Source of the DNA: Desulfobacteraceae bacterium
GTDB taxonomy: Bacteria; Desulfobacterota; Desulfobacteria; Desulfobacterales; Desulfosarcinaceae
Direction: 5' to 3'
DNA length: 64,000 nucleotides
Assembly (NCBI GenBank): GCA_050288425.1
Contig: JBNKDU010000124.1
Location: forward strand, 48,711 to 112,710
The position numbers and the translations under genes are program-made. Numbering within the stretch: position 1 is the stretch's first letter; the number at the start of each line of letters is the position of its first letter. This document shows positions 1 through 9,176 of the stretch, in pieces. The notes beneath the pieces are model-generated. The model saw only the letters and a list, made by a program, of their open reading frames with translations, made no database searches and was not told where the DNA came from.

Positions 1-40
1 CCTCGCGCCTTGGATAGGCCGCAACGTCTTGCAACCCGGA

Positions 41-949
41 TCATACCTTGTCGGTTTCCTTTCGTCCCAGAAGTCCGGATGGACGGAAGATCAGGATAAA
101 GACCAGAAAGAGGAAGGCGAACACATCTTCGTAGTCGCTGGAAATGTAGCCCGTGAAAAAACTCTCCGACCATCCCAGCACCAGGCTGCCCAGTACGGCG
201 CCGGGCATGCTGCCGATGCCGCCCAGCACCGCGGCCACGAACGCTTTGATGCCGGCCAGAAAGCCGATGTAATAGTTGATCTGCCCGATATGGGAGGCGA
301 TGAGAACGCCGCCCAAGGCGGCGGTGGCCGATCCGATGATGAAGGTGGTGGCAATGACGCGGTTGACGTCCACGCCCACCAGAAGCGCCATTTCGCGGTC
401 CTGGCTGGTGGCGCGCATCGCCTTGCCCATCCGGGTGAATTTGATCATGACGGTCAGGGCCACCATGACGATGGCGGTGACGGCATAGATGATGATCTCC
501 GAAGAGCGTACGATGTGCTCGACGGGTTCCAGGAATTTGAATTCGGGTACCAGGTTGGGGAAGGGCAGAAAATCGGAGGTTTGGGCCAGCAGCACGTAGT
601 TTTGCAGAAAAAGGGACATGCCGATGGCGCTGATCAGCGCGGAGAGCCGGGGTGCCTTGCGCAACGGCTTGTAGGCGATCTTCTCTATGGTCCAGCCATA
701 GGCGGCCGAATAAATCACGGCCACCACCGAGGCGATGAGCAGGATGGCCAGGGCATTCCAGTTCAACAGCGTCAGGATGCCGGCCACGATCAAGGCGGTG
801 AAAGCACCGATCATGTAGATTTCACCATGGGCGAAGTTGATCAATTCAATGATCCCGTACACCATGGTGTAGCCCAGTGCGATCAGTGCATAGATGCTCC
901 CCCGGGTCAGGCCTCCGAGAAACAATTCAAAAAAATATTCTAGATCCAT
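41..949 (-). CDS. livH: Branched-chain amino acid ABC transporter permease (LivH/BraD family)
   Basis: 302-aa ORF with ATG at 949. Very hydrophobic multi-TM protein. N-terminus MDLEYFFELFLGGLTRGSIYALIALGYTMVYG and the NFAHGE motif are typical of LivH permeases. Lies directly downstream of a Leu/Ile/Val-type binding-protein gene. Confidence 0.85.
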   Translation of the reverse strand: MDLEYFFELFLGGLTRGSIYALIALGYTMVYGIIELINFAHGEIYMIGAFTALIVAGILTLLNWNALAILLIASVVAVIYSAAYGWTIEKIAYKPLRKAPRLSALISAIGMSLFLQNYVLLAQTSDFLPFPNLVPEFKFLEPVEHIVRSSEIIIYAVTAIVMVALTVMIKFTRMGKAMRATSQDREMALLVGVDVNRVIATTFIIGSATAALGGVLIASHIGQINYYIGFLAGIKAFVAAVLGGIGSMPGAVLGSLVLGWSESFFTGYISSDYEDVFAFLFLVFILIFRPSGLLGRKETDKV

Positions 950-1013
950 AAGCGAAAAAATCAGGGAACAGGCCGTATCCGGCCTGCCCCCTGTCCGTTA
1001 GCCTGATGTCCGG

Positions 1014-2147
1014 CTACTTTAATTCTTCATACTTTCCATTTTTTACCTGATACACGGCGAAACCGACGCCGATGGCATCTCCGCGATCGTCAAACTTGAT
1101 ATTGCCCACGGGAGTGTCGGCCTCCTTGGTGCGCAGGGCAGTGACCAGTGCGTCGTAATCGGTGGATCCGGCGTTCTGGATCGCCGTCAAGAGCGCGATG
1201 CTGGCCGATACGGCATTGTCGAAGAAAGCACCCGGGTCGGATTTGAATTGGTCCTTGTGTTTCTGGGTGTATTCTTTGGTCAGCGGGTTACTGCTGACAT
1301 CTTTGGGACCGGTGGCATATACGCCTTCGGCGTATTGTTTGGCCACCTTGATAAAGGTGTCGTCTTTCACGCCGTCGTCTGAAATGAAAATGGATTTCAT
1401 TTTCTTCTTGCGCATCAGGGTGACGATCTTGGAGGCTTCGGGATGGTAACCGCCGAAGATCACCGCCTCGGCTTGGTTGCGTTTGATTTTCTGGACCACG
1501 GCGGAGTAATCCACGGCCCCGGGTGTGATGCCCTCATAAAGGACGAGTTCCGCACGCGGGTCTTTCTCGATAAAGGCCTTGGCGAATTCGGCCAACCCTT
1601 TTCCGTAGTCGCCCTTGTCATGGAGGACGGCGATCTTCTTCACCTTGAGAACGTCCAGGGCGAAATCCACTTCCAGACGGGCCTGGGCGTCATCCGAAGC
1701 GATGGTTCGGAAGAAATTGGGATAGTCGCCGCTCTGGGTCAGACCAGGGTTGGTGGCCGACGGCGACATGACCACTTTCTTGGAATCCTTGTAGATCCCC
1801 AGGGCCGCCTTGGTGGCGCCGCTGCAGATGTGCCCCAGGACCACCGCCACGTCGTCGCCGACCAGTTTGGTGGCGGTGCTGGTGGCCACTTCGGGTTTGC
1901 AGACGTCGTCTTCCACCACCAGTTCGATCTGCTTGCCCAGTACGCCGCCCTTGGCGTTCCAGTCGGCAACGACCAGCTTGGCGGCATTCACCGTGGGGAT
2001 GCCGTAGGAGGCCAGGTCACCGCTGTGGGGACCGGCCACGCCCAGTTTGATGGTGTCGGCCGCCAGGGCGGTGCCCAGGATGGCCATTGACAGGAACAGC
2101 ACCGCTGCTGTAACGGCTGACAGTCTGACGGATCGATGTTTCCTCAT
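1014..2147 (-). CDS. Branched-chain amino acid ABC transporter substrate-binding protein (LivJ/LivK type)
   Basis: The ORF track starts at a GTG (2183). I prefer the ATG at 2147, preceded by AAGGAGGG. Signal peptide MRKHRSVRLSAVTAAVLFLSMAILGTALA, then ADTIKLGVAGPHSGDLASYG, a periplasmic type-I binding-protein fold signature. Confidence 0.85.
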   Translation of the reverse strand: MRKHRSVRLSAVTAAVLFLSMAILGTALAADTIKLGVAGPHSGDLASYGIPTVNAAKLVVADWNAKGGVLGKQIELVVEDDVCKPEVATSTATKLVGDDVAVVLGHICSGATKAALGIYKDSKKVVMSPSATNPGLTQSGDYPNFFRTIASDDAQARLEVDFALDVLKVKKIAVLHDKGDYGKGLAEFAKAFIEKDPRAELVLYEGITPGAVDYSAVVQKIKRNQAEAVIFGGYHPEASKIVTLMRKKKMKSIFISDDGVKDDTFIKVAKQYAEGVYATGPKDVSSNPLTKEYTQKHKDQFKSDPGAFFDNAVSASIALLTAIQNAGSTDYDALVTALRTKEADTPVGNIKFDDRGDAIGVGFAVYQVKNGKYEELK

Positions 2148-2429
2148 GCTTTCCCTCCTTGATACCAGTTTGTGTTGAAGCACGAAAAGAACCGCTTGCT
2201 AACCTAGAGATTTGATTGTCCTAACAACGACGGCACTTTATACCTATGATTGGTCGGCCGAGTCAAGCGATTCGACCTTTCGTGCCCCCAGTGAACAGAG
2301 AATTGTCCGGAGATGGGATTGGTTGAAAACGGTGGCTCGGACGATATGGGGTTGAAGCCGGCGAATCGAGTCGTGTATAGGTGGGTACTCCGGGGAGGAC
2401 CGGATTGGTGACCGACCATCGGGGATTCC

Positions 2430-3314
2430 ATGGGAGCCCCGGCAAAGGAGCGCAGCGTGACCAAACGAATCGGGCTCGTGGTAAAGGACGATCCAAGGGT
2501 GATCGACCAGGCCGACGATCTTGAGCAGTGGCTTCGGGACCACCATTGCGGGGTGATCCGCAAGGCGGGGGCATCCTTTCAGCGCCGGCAGAAGCGGACC
2601 ACCGGCGATGCGGCGCCGGAAGACCTGTTTTGTGTGGTGGTACTGGGGGGGGACGGCACCTTCCTGGCCGCCGTGCGGTGGTTGGGGGCCAATCAGGTTC
2701 CCGTGCTGGGGGTCAAGTTCGGTGAGGTCGGTTTCATGGCCGATGCGGCGGCGGAACGGCTCTACGAAGTGGTGGAGGCGATCCTGGTTCATCCATTCGA
2801 AACCCAGCCGCGCATGCGCCTGCGGGTCGAAGTGTGGGACGGAGAAACCCTCGTGGCCGGAGAATCGATCTTGAACGACGTGGTGATCAACAAGGGAGCC
2901 CTGGCCCGGCTGGCCCATATCAAGACCTATGTGAACGATACCTTTCTCACCGACTACCGCGCCGACGGCCTGATCGTGGCCACTCCCACCGGTTCCACGG
3001 CGTATTCCCTGGCGGCCGGCGGCCCCATCATCCATCCCTCGGTGCCGGGGATCCTGGTTACCCCCATTTGCCCGTTTACCCTGACCAACCGGCCGCTGAT
3101 CGTTCCCGATTCGGCGACCATCAAGATCCGCCTGGCCCGGAAATCGGCCGATATCATGCTGACCTTCGACGGCCAGGTGGGCATGCCCCTCGACGAACAG
3201 CACACCATCCTGGTCCGCAAGGACCCCCGGCCGGTGAACATGATCGTGCTTCCCGACCGCCACTTTTTCGATGTGCTCAAAGCCAAACTCAGGTGGAGCG
3301 GCAGCCGACTCTAG
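2430..3314 (+). CDS. nadK: NAD+ kinase
   Basis: 294 aa with the GGDGTFL motif, NDVVINKGALARL, and DGLIVATPTGSTAYSLAAGGPI, all hallmark NAD kinase motifs. Confidence 0.9.
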   Translation: MGAPAKERSVTKRIGLVVKDDPRVIDQADDLEQWLRDHHCGVIRKAGASFQRRQKRTTGDAAPEDLFCVVVLGGDGTFLAAVRWLGANQVPVLGVKFGEVGFMADAAAERLYEVVEAILVHPFETQPRMRLRVEVWDGETLVAGESILNDVVINKGALARLAHIKTYVNDTFLTDYRADGLIVATPTGSTAYSLAAGGPIIHPSVPGILVTPICPFTLTNRPLIVPDSATIKIRLARKSADIMLTFDGQVGMPLDEQHTILVRKDPRPVNMIVLPDRHFFDVLKAKLRWSGSRL

Positions 3315-3327
3315 TTTTGAGCAAACC

Positions 3328-3879
3328 CTAAATCCGGCAGATGCTGTCGTCACAGGGGCAGCGGTCGTCCACTTCGTAAGCCACCAAAATGCGCGTTTCC
3401 ATGGTTTTGCGTTGCGGGTCGATCCGGGTCCAGTCGTGGCGCTGCATCCATTGCCGCAACTGGGTGATATGGGGAATATTTTCGAGCTTCGATGCCAGCA
3501 GGCGGCCGTCCGCGCCATGGAGGATATCGGCCAGTTCGCCGTTGGTCACCACCACCACGGGCACCTGGTAATCGGCCACCAGCCGTCCCATGGCCAAGGC
3601 CGGACGGTGACGGGTGACCAGGGAACCCGGGCCGTATTGTACGATCATGGCGACGCGTCCATCGACATCGATGGTATAGGTGATGGGCAGCCGGGCGCAC
3701 TTGTCCTTCGTGGCGACCTCGATAATATGCCGCGGCCGGATTTGTTCCTTCCGATATCCTCTGCCCTGAACCAGCAGACGGCCGATGCGTTGTCGCAGAC
3801 GCTCATCCAGGGTATCGTCCAGGGTATCGCCGCTGATATAGTCGGTGAGCTGCCCTAGTATAAGGTGATGTCCGCTCAT
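3328..3879 (-). CDS. HsdR-N-terminal-like (PD-(D/E)xK-type) domain protein, stand-alone
   Basis: I place the start at the ATG at 3879 (MSGHHLILGQLTDYISG...). The upstream part of the 231-aa track ORF looks non-coding. The family assignment comes from remembered resemblance to small proteins annotated as type I restriction enzyme HsdR N-terminal domain proteins. No methylase or specificity genes are nearby. Confidence 0.45.
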   Translation of the reverse strand: MSGHHLILGQLTDYISGDTLDDTLDERLRQRIGRLLVQGRGYRKEQIRPRHIIEVATKDKCARLPITYTIDVDGRVAMIVQYGPGSLVTRHRPALAMGRLVADYQVPVVVVTNGELADILHGADGRLLASKLENIPHITQLRQWMQRHDWTRIDPQRKTMETRILVAYEVDDRCPCDDSICRI

Positions 3880-4049
3880 GGGCCGTGCCTCGGTCGGGGG
3901 GACCCCCTTCGCATTTTTGCGGTTGCCTGCCCACGCGAATTGGGTTACCGTGGGTACGCTGGAAATATACCATAGCCGGGCGGCCCTGTTAACCAACAAA
4001 CCAGGATGGTGCGTCGTCCGCACCGGGTAGGCCGGCCAAGGTTGGTATC

Positions 4050-5144
4050 ATGACATCGAGTGCAGAACCAGTAGAGCTTCCCTCGTCCGCTACCCTGCGG
4101 GAAGAGTTTGAAAAGCGTGAAACCAAATTCATGTCCCCCTTCGGGTACATGAGTGCCGCCACCCGGGGGCGATCCCGGCCCGAGCCGCCTTGCCCCATCC
4201 GCACCGCCTTTCAACTGGACAAAGACCGCATTCTTTTCAGCAATGCCTTCCGGCGGCTGAAGCACAAGACCCAGGTCTTCCTGAATCCCACGGGGGATGA
4301 ATACCGTACCCGGTTGACCCATACCCTGGAGGTGGCCCAGATGGCCCGCACCATGGCGCGGGCCATGTTTTTGAACGAGGACCTGGCCGAGGCCATTGCC
4401 CTGGGACACGATCTGGGCCACACACCATTCGGACATGGCGGAGAAACCGTGCTCAAGGAGATCTTCTCGGCGGCCTTCTCCCATCAGGCCCAGAGTCTGC
4501 GGGTGGTGCAGGTTCTGGAGAACTGCGGTCAGGGTCTCAACTTGACCTGGGAGGTACGCGACGGAATTCTGCGCCACTCCAAGGGCTATGGCAAGGTCAT
4601 GCCCGACGATCCCAAGGATCAGCCGGCCACCGTCGAGGGACGGCTGGTGCGGGTGGCCGATATCATGGCCTACCTGAACCACGACCTGGATGACGCCGTA
4701 CGCTCCGGCGTGATCACGAAAGACCAGATCCCTGCCGCTTGCAACGATATCCTGGGTCGCACCCACGACCAGCGGGCCACCACCATGATGACCGATTTGA
4801 TTGCCAACACCCGGCCCGACGACGGAAAGCTGGTCCTCGATATGAGCGGCCATGTGTTCGGGGCCATGACCCAACTGCGCCAGTTTCTCTACCAGAAAGT
4901 CTACCGTTCGCCCAAGGTGCACCGGGAGTTCGTCAAGGCCAAGAAGATCATGTCCGAACTCTATACCCACCTGCTGGCAAACGAAGACTTGCTGTCCCAG
5001 GAGTTGGAGAAGATGCGCCTGCCCGCCATCGGCGCAGGACCCGCATCCAGGGAGCGCCTGGCATGCGATCTGCTGGCCTGCATGACCGATCGCTACGCCC
5101 TGTCCCTCTATGCACGCATCTTCTTCCCCGCACCCACGTTCTGA
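4050..5144 (+). CDS. dgt: dGTP triphosphohydrolase-like HD-domain phosphohydrolase
   Basis: 364 aa with RTRLTHTLEVAQMARTMA and LGHDLGHTPFGHGGE, the HD-domain metal-binding motifs of the dGTPase family. Confidence 0.85.
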   Translation: MTSSAEPVELPSSATLREEFEKRETKFMSPFGYMSAATRGRSRPEPPCPIRTAFQLDKDRILFSNAFRRLKHKTQVFLNPTGDEYRTRLTHTLEVAQMARTMARAMFLNEDLAEAIALGHDLGHTPFGHGGETVLKEIFSAAFSHQAQSLRVVQVLENCGQGLNLTWEVRDGILRHSKGYGKVMPDDPKDQPATVEGRLVRVADIMAYLNHDLDDAVRSGVITKDQIPAACNDILGRTHDQRATTMMTDLIANTRPDDGKLVLDMSGHVFGAMTQLRQFLYQKVYRSPKVHREFVKAKKIMSELYTHLLANEDLLSQELEKMRLPAIGAGPASRERLACDLLACMTDRYALSLYARIFFPAPTF

Positions 5145-5731
5145 TGACGCCTGCTCCCATGAAACTGCCGGCCCATCTATCCCGCGATCTGGATCAGCTG
5201 TTCCGGCGCATGGATCGGGCCTATCACGAAACGGCCGGGCGCGCCGGATTCGTCTGTGGGGGATGCGATGACAATTGCTGCCTCACCCGCTTCTATCACC
5301 ACACCCTGGCGGAATACCTCTTCCTGCAAGCCGGTCTTGGGCAAATGCCGACGGACCGACGGGCCGAGGTTCGCCGGCGTGCCGAAGCCGCCGTGGAGCG
5401 GTTATCCCAGGTGCCGCCCGGCGGCGAGCCGCCGCGGGTCATGTGCCCCGTTAATATCGACGGGCGCTGTTCTTTGTATGCCTGGCGCCCCATGATCTGC
5501 CGGCTGCACGGGATTCCCCATCTCCTGCAGCGGCCCGACGGACTCCGCCAGGCCGGACCGGGTTGCAACGAATTTTACGACCAGTGCATCGACTCGCCGG
5601 AGCCGCGGCTGGACCGCACACCGTCGTACGTGGCCATGGCCGCGCTGGAGCAAAAACTTCGACGGCATTTCGATTTCGCATCCAGGATCAAGATGACCAT
5701 CGCGGAGATGATCGTAAATGAAATCCATTGA
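5144..5731 (+). CDS. YkgJ-family Cys-cluster (zinc/iron-chelating, CxxCxxxCC) protein
   Basis: The ATG at 5144 overlaps the dgt stop (ATGA); an alternative ATG is at 5159. Contains FVCGGCDDNCC and CPVNIDGRCSLYAWRPMICRLHG. The track ORF from 4739 is an out-of-gene extension overlapping dgt. Confidence 0.6.
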   Translation: MTPAPMKLPAHLSRDLDQLFRRMDRAYHETAGRAGFVCGGCDDNCCLTRFYHHTLAEYLFLQAGLGQMPTDRRAEVRRRAEAAVERLSQVPPGGEPPRVMCPVNIDGRCSLYAWRPMICRLHGIPHLLQRPDGLRQAGPGCNEFYDQCIDSPEPRLDRTPSYVAMAALEQKLRRHFDFASRIKMTIAEMIVNEIH

Positions 5732-6506
5732 TCCCAAGAACCTGAAGGACCTCCCCGGTCGAAGGCTCGAGGCGGACGAAACCTTCCGTTTCCGATGCCA
5801 CGCGGCCCTTTCGTGCTTCAACCAGTGCTGCCGCAATCTCAACCTCTTTCTCTACCCCTACGACGTCCTGCGATTGAGCCGATATCTGGAGGTGACCACG
5901 GATGCCTTTCTCGAACGGCATGTCGATGTGGTGCTGCGGCCCGAACATTACTTTCCGGAAGTTCTGCTGCGCATGGCCGACAATGCGTCCCGCACCTGCC
6001 CATTTTTGACCGGGGAGGGATGCGGCGTCTATTCCGACCGGCCGGACACCTGCCGGACTTTTCCCGTGGAACAGGGCGCCCTGTTCGATGCATCCGGCGG
6101 CCGCGGCCGGACGGTCCACTTCTTCCGGCCGCCGGAGTTCTGCCTCGGCCAACACGAAGCGCCGTCATGGACACCGCGAACCTGGGCACAGGACCAGGAG
6201 GCCGAGCGCTATCATGAGATGACCCTGCGCTGGGCCGAAATCCGGCGCCTTTTCCAGGAGAACCCCTGGGGGGCGGAAGGCCCCCAGGGCGCCAAGGCCA
6301 AGATGGCTTTCATGGCCACCTACAACCTGGACCGCTTTCGCCGGTTTATCTTCGACAGCAGCTTCCTTGCGCGATACCGGATCAAGCCCGAGCTCAAGCG
6401 CAAGCTGCGGACCAACGACCGGGCCTTGCTGCTGTTCGGCTTCGATTGGGTGCGGTTCTTCGTCTGGGGGCTGCCCAGCAGGCAAATCCGGCTGATATCC
6501 CGGTAG
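5718..6506 (+). CDS. YkgJ-family Cys-cluster protein (about 260-aa subtype)
   Basis: 262 aa with FRFRCHAALSCFNQCCRNLNLFLYPYDVLRL and CPFLTGEGCGVYSDRPDTCRTFP. Clear paralogue of 7375-8106. Confidence 0.7.
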   Translation: MKSIDPKNLKDLPGRRLEADETFRFRCHAALSCFNQCCRNLNLFLYPYDVLRLSRYLEVTTDAFLERHVDVVLRPEHYFPEVLLRMADNASRTCPFLTGEGCGVYSDRPDTCRTFPVEQGALFDASGGRGRTVHFFRPPEFCLGQHEAPSWTPRTWAQDQEAERYHEMTLRWAEIRRLFQENPWGAEGPQGAKAKMAFMATYNLDRFRRFIFDSSFLARYRIKPELKRKLRTNDRALLLFGFDWVRFFVWGLPSRQIRLISR

Positions 6507-6516
6507 GGCCCATCTT

Positions 6517-7371
6517 TCAGACGACCCCTTTGGGCATGGGGGCGATTTTCTCGCCGCCCAGGACATAGCCGCCATCCAGGCGCAGGACGCTGCCGGTCAT
6601 ATAGGGGGCGTCTGAAATGATGAACCGGACGGCCTTGACCACGTCCGCCGGGATTCCGGTCCGTCCTGCCAGGGTGTGGGCGATGATCTGTCTCTTCTGC
6701 TGGGCGTTCAACAATCCCCACCCGCGGGTACCGCGGCCATGGCGGGTATCGAAGATTCCCAGCATGATCTCGTTGACCCGGACTTCCGGGGCACCCAGCC
6801 GCGCCCATGTCTCGGTGAGCAGGGAGACACCGCGGTTGGCGGCCGAATAGCCCTCGTTGAAAAGATACGACGCCGGACCGTTGCGGCCCACCAGGGCGGC
6901 GATGCTGGAAAGGTTGATGGTCACGGCGTCGCCGGCGGCCTTGAGATGAGGCAGGGCGGCTTCCCAGACCCATTGCTTGGCCCGCAGGGTGGTGGCCAGT
7001 TCCAGGTCCCACTGCCCGGTCACATAGGGGCCGTGCACCACCGGCCACCCGCCGCGTTCGATGTTGTTGATCAGAATGTCGAGGCGGCCGAAGCGTCGGA
7101 TGAGACTTGCCATCAGCCCATCCACCTCGTCCCGGTTCCTCAGGTCGACCCGGACGATCCAATGGTCGCGTCCGGTGGCGGCGGCATCTTTTTCAAGCTC
7201 CGGCAGGCTTTCGGGCCAGTCGTGGTGGGTGTAGACGACGAATGCCCCGGATCGGGCCAGGTCCAGGCCGATGGCCTTGCCGATTCCCTTGATACTGCCC
7301 AGCACCAGGGCGACTTTGCCGTCAAGGGGATACGTTTCGCCCACGGGTCGATTCCTCGATGTGTGTTTCAT
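6517..7371 (-). CDS. Short-chain dehydrogenase/reductase (SDR) family oxidoreductase
   Basis: 284 aa with a Rossmann N-terminus GKVALVLGSIKGIGKAIGLDLARSGAFVV, NNIE, and NLSSIAA...YSAAN. The catalytic YxxxK appears altered to YSAAN. Starts 3 nt after the upstream YkgJ gene ends. Confidence 0.75.
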   Translation of the reverse strand: MKHTSRNRPVGETYPLDGKVALVLGSIKGIGKAIGLDLARSGAFVVYTHHDWPESLPELEKDAAATGRDHWIVRVDLRNRDEVDGLMASLIRRFGRLDILINNIERGGWPVVHGPYVTGQWDLELATTLRAKQWVWEAALPHLKAAGDAVTINLSSIAALVGRNGPASYLFNEGYSAANRGVSLLTETWARLGAPEVRVNEIMLGIFDTRHGRGTRGWGLLNAQQKRQIIAHTLAGRTGIPADVVKAVRFIISDAPYMTGSVLRLDGGYVLGGEKIAPMPKGVV

Positions 7372-7374
7372 CGT

Positions 7375-8106
7375 TCATCCGGCCTTGCCGAACAGCCGTC
7401 GGCGAAGCCACTGCAACCCCCATGGGAGCCATGCAACCGCATCGCCTGCTTCGGGAAGATCCGGAAGCCGTGGGTCGTCGAGGCCGGTCAGCCTGCCGGC
7501 ATAGGCTTCCCGGCAGAGGGTCTCCGGTTCGTAGAGGGCCATTGCGGCCATCCGTTGGTGCTCCGCCGTCAGCGTGCCGGGCAGGATCTGGTTTTTCAGG
7601 GCGATCAGTTCCATGAGGGCGTCGTTCATGGTGAAATGATCCGCTACTTCCTGATCGGCAATCCATTGCCGTACCGTCTGGCGAGGCTCCTCTTCGAATC
7701 CAAGGCAATGAGGTTCGTGAATGATCCCGTACTGTTCGCAGAGCGTGCCGTCTTTTCGCGAGCGCCGCAGACCGCGGACCAGGGGATAGAGACGACAGGA
7801 GGTGGGGCGGTCGGCGTAGACGCGGCAGCCTTCCGGAGAGACGAAAGGGCACATGCGGTCGCGGTGGGCGTCGAATCGCAGGGAAACCACCGGCAGTCCG
7901 GTGGCCGGACCGGGGTAGAGCACCGCATAGCGCTCGAAAAATTCGTGGGCATCGACCCTCCGGTTTTGGCGCAGTCGCAGGACATCGTAGGGTGTCAGGG
8001 CCTGGTTCAGGTCCCGGCAGCAACGGTTGAAGCAGGGCACGCGACGATGGCATCCGAAGCGGAAGGCATCGTCGCGTGCCAACGGTCTGATATCGGGCTC
8101 TTTCAT
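7375..8106 (-). CDS. YkgJ-family Cys-cluster protein (paralogue of 5718-6506)
   Basis: The track start at 8112 is TTG; an ATG lies at 8106. Contains FRFGCHRRVPCFNRCCRDLNQALTPYDVLRL and CPFVSPEGCRVYADRPTSCRLYP. Confidence 0.7.
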   Translation of the reverse strand: MKEPDIRPLARDDAFRFGCHRRVPCFNRCCRDLNQALTPYDVLRLRQNRRVDAHEFFERYAVLYPGPATGLPVVSLRFDAHRDRMCPFVSPEGCRVYADRPTSCRLYPLVRGLRRSRKDGTLCEQYGIIHEPHCLGFEEEPRQTVRQWIADQEVADHFTMNDALMELIALKNQILPGTLTAEHQRMAAMALYEPETLCREAYAGRLTGLDDPRLPDLPEAGDAVAWLPWGLQWLRRRLFGKAG

Positions 8107-8413
8107 GGTCAAGGTGTCACTCCTTCGAATGGGTTTCCCTTAGACCAATTCCGGTGGCGATGCAAGTTTCACCGCCGGCTGCGACGGCGATGGTGTCGAA
8201 TCCGACGTCCGATCCAATTTGCTTTGGAGGCTCCTTGCCTGGGCCGTCCCGATACGGTGGGTCGCTTCGGGACGGATCGTCACCGGGTAATCCCGATCCT
8301 CCCGGTTTCCGTTCTACATCTTGTGGCCGAATTGTGTGCATTCTCAATATATGGCAGCGCTTGGGTGGCTGATATTGTTTTCCTTTTTTAACCCCGGGGC
8401 CGGCCGAAAATCA

Positions 8414-8442
8414 TTGACATTGGGGTGGCGGGGTGATATGCA
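8414..8442 (+). promoter_or_regulatory. Candidate sigma70-type promoter for aprBA
   Basis: TTGACA at 8414-8419, a 17-nt spacer containing TG at 8434-8435, then TATGCA at 8437-8442. This would give a 5' leader of about 230 nt before aprB. Pattern match by eye only. Confidence 0.25.
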
Positions 8443-8679
8443 CTCTATCTTGTTCTGTTTATATATGGTTGAAATCATACGCATTTTTTGGCCCAGGCTT
8501 CGATGTGGCACCCAAGGGCCAACCGAATAAAATTAAAGCAAATTATTAAATACAAGTCCGTTTTGGGAGCAGATTCGGACGACAAAGAGGAAGGGAGGTG
8601 TAAGCCAACTCAGTATCACCGTTTAACGTGCGTTTTAATCGTAGATTCTGATTTTAACTTTTTTTGGGAGGTATATTAA

Positions 8680-9111
8680 ATGCCAAGTTTTGTCATTCAG
8701 GAAAAATGTGACGGATGCAAGGGTGGCGACAAGACCGCTTGCATGTACATTTGCCCCAACGACCTGATGGTCCTCGACGCTGACGCGATGAAGGCTTACA
8801 ACCAGGAGCCGGATCAGTGTTGGGAATGCTTTTCCTGTGTAAAAATTTGCCCCACCCAGGCCATTGAAGTCCGCGGCTACGCCGACTTCGTGCCCCTGGG
8901 AAGCTCCATCATGCCGATGATGGGCACCGAAGACGTCATGTGGACCTGCAAGTTCCGCAACGGCCTCATCAAGCGCTTTAAGTTCCCCATCCGTACCACT
9001 CCCGAAGGTGCCGCCAACGCGTACGACAGCCTCAAAGGCCAGGATCTGGAAAGCGGTCTGCTGTCTACGGAAGAAGCCGACGGTTATACCATCCCGACGC
9101 CGAAAGTCTAG
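8680..9111 (+). CDS. aprB: Adenylylsulfate (APS) reductase beta subunit
   Basis: 143 aa; MPSFVIQEKCDGCKGGDKTACMYICPNDLMVLD and CWECFSCVKICP are the two [4Fe-4S] motifs. GGGAGG SD upstream. Immediately precedes aprA. Confidence 0.97.
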   Translation: MPSFVIQEKCDGCKGGDKTACMYICPNDLMVLDADAMKAYNQEPDQCWECFSCVKICPTQAIEVRGYADFVPLGSSIMPMMGTEDVMWTCKFRNGLIKRFKFPIRTTPEGAANAYDSLKGQDLESGLLSTEEADGYTIPTPKV

Positions 9112-9176
9112 TCCGGGCGGATTCCTTTACGAATCGAAATTGAAGCATATTTCAAATATCATCTTAGGAGGAAAAT

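Noticed and set aside
4739-5143. Long N-terminal extensions in the ORF track, e.g. 4739-5143, 26068-27201, 30955-31083, 39724-40038, 3880-4023, 44805-44915
   Set aside because: These extensions overlap neighbouring genes or begin at TTG/GTG codons. They encode R/P/G-rich sequence ahead of an internal ATG that has a good SD and a proper signal peptide or conserved N-terminus. Starts were moved accordingly.
6676-8391. 571-aa + strand ORF spanning the SDR and YkgJ genes
   Set aside because: It is antisense to two well-supported - strand genes and crosses their boundary. High-GC shadow frame.
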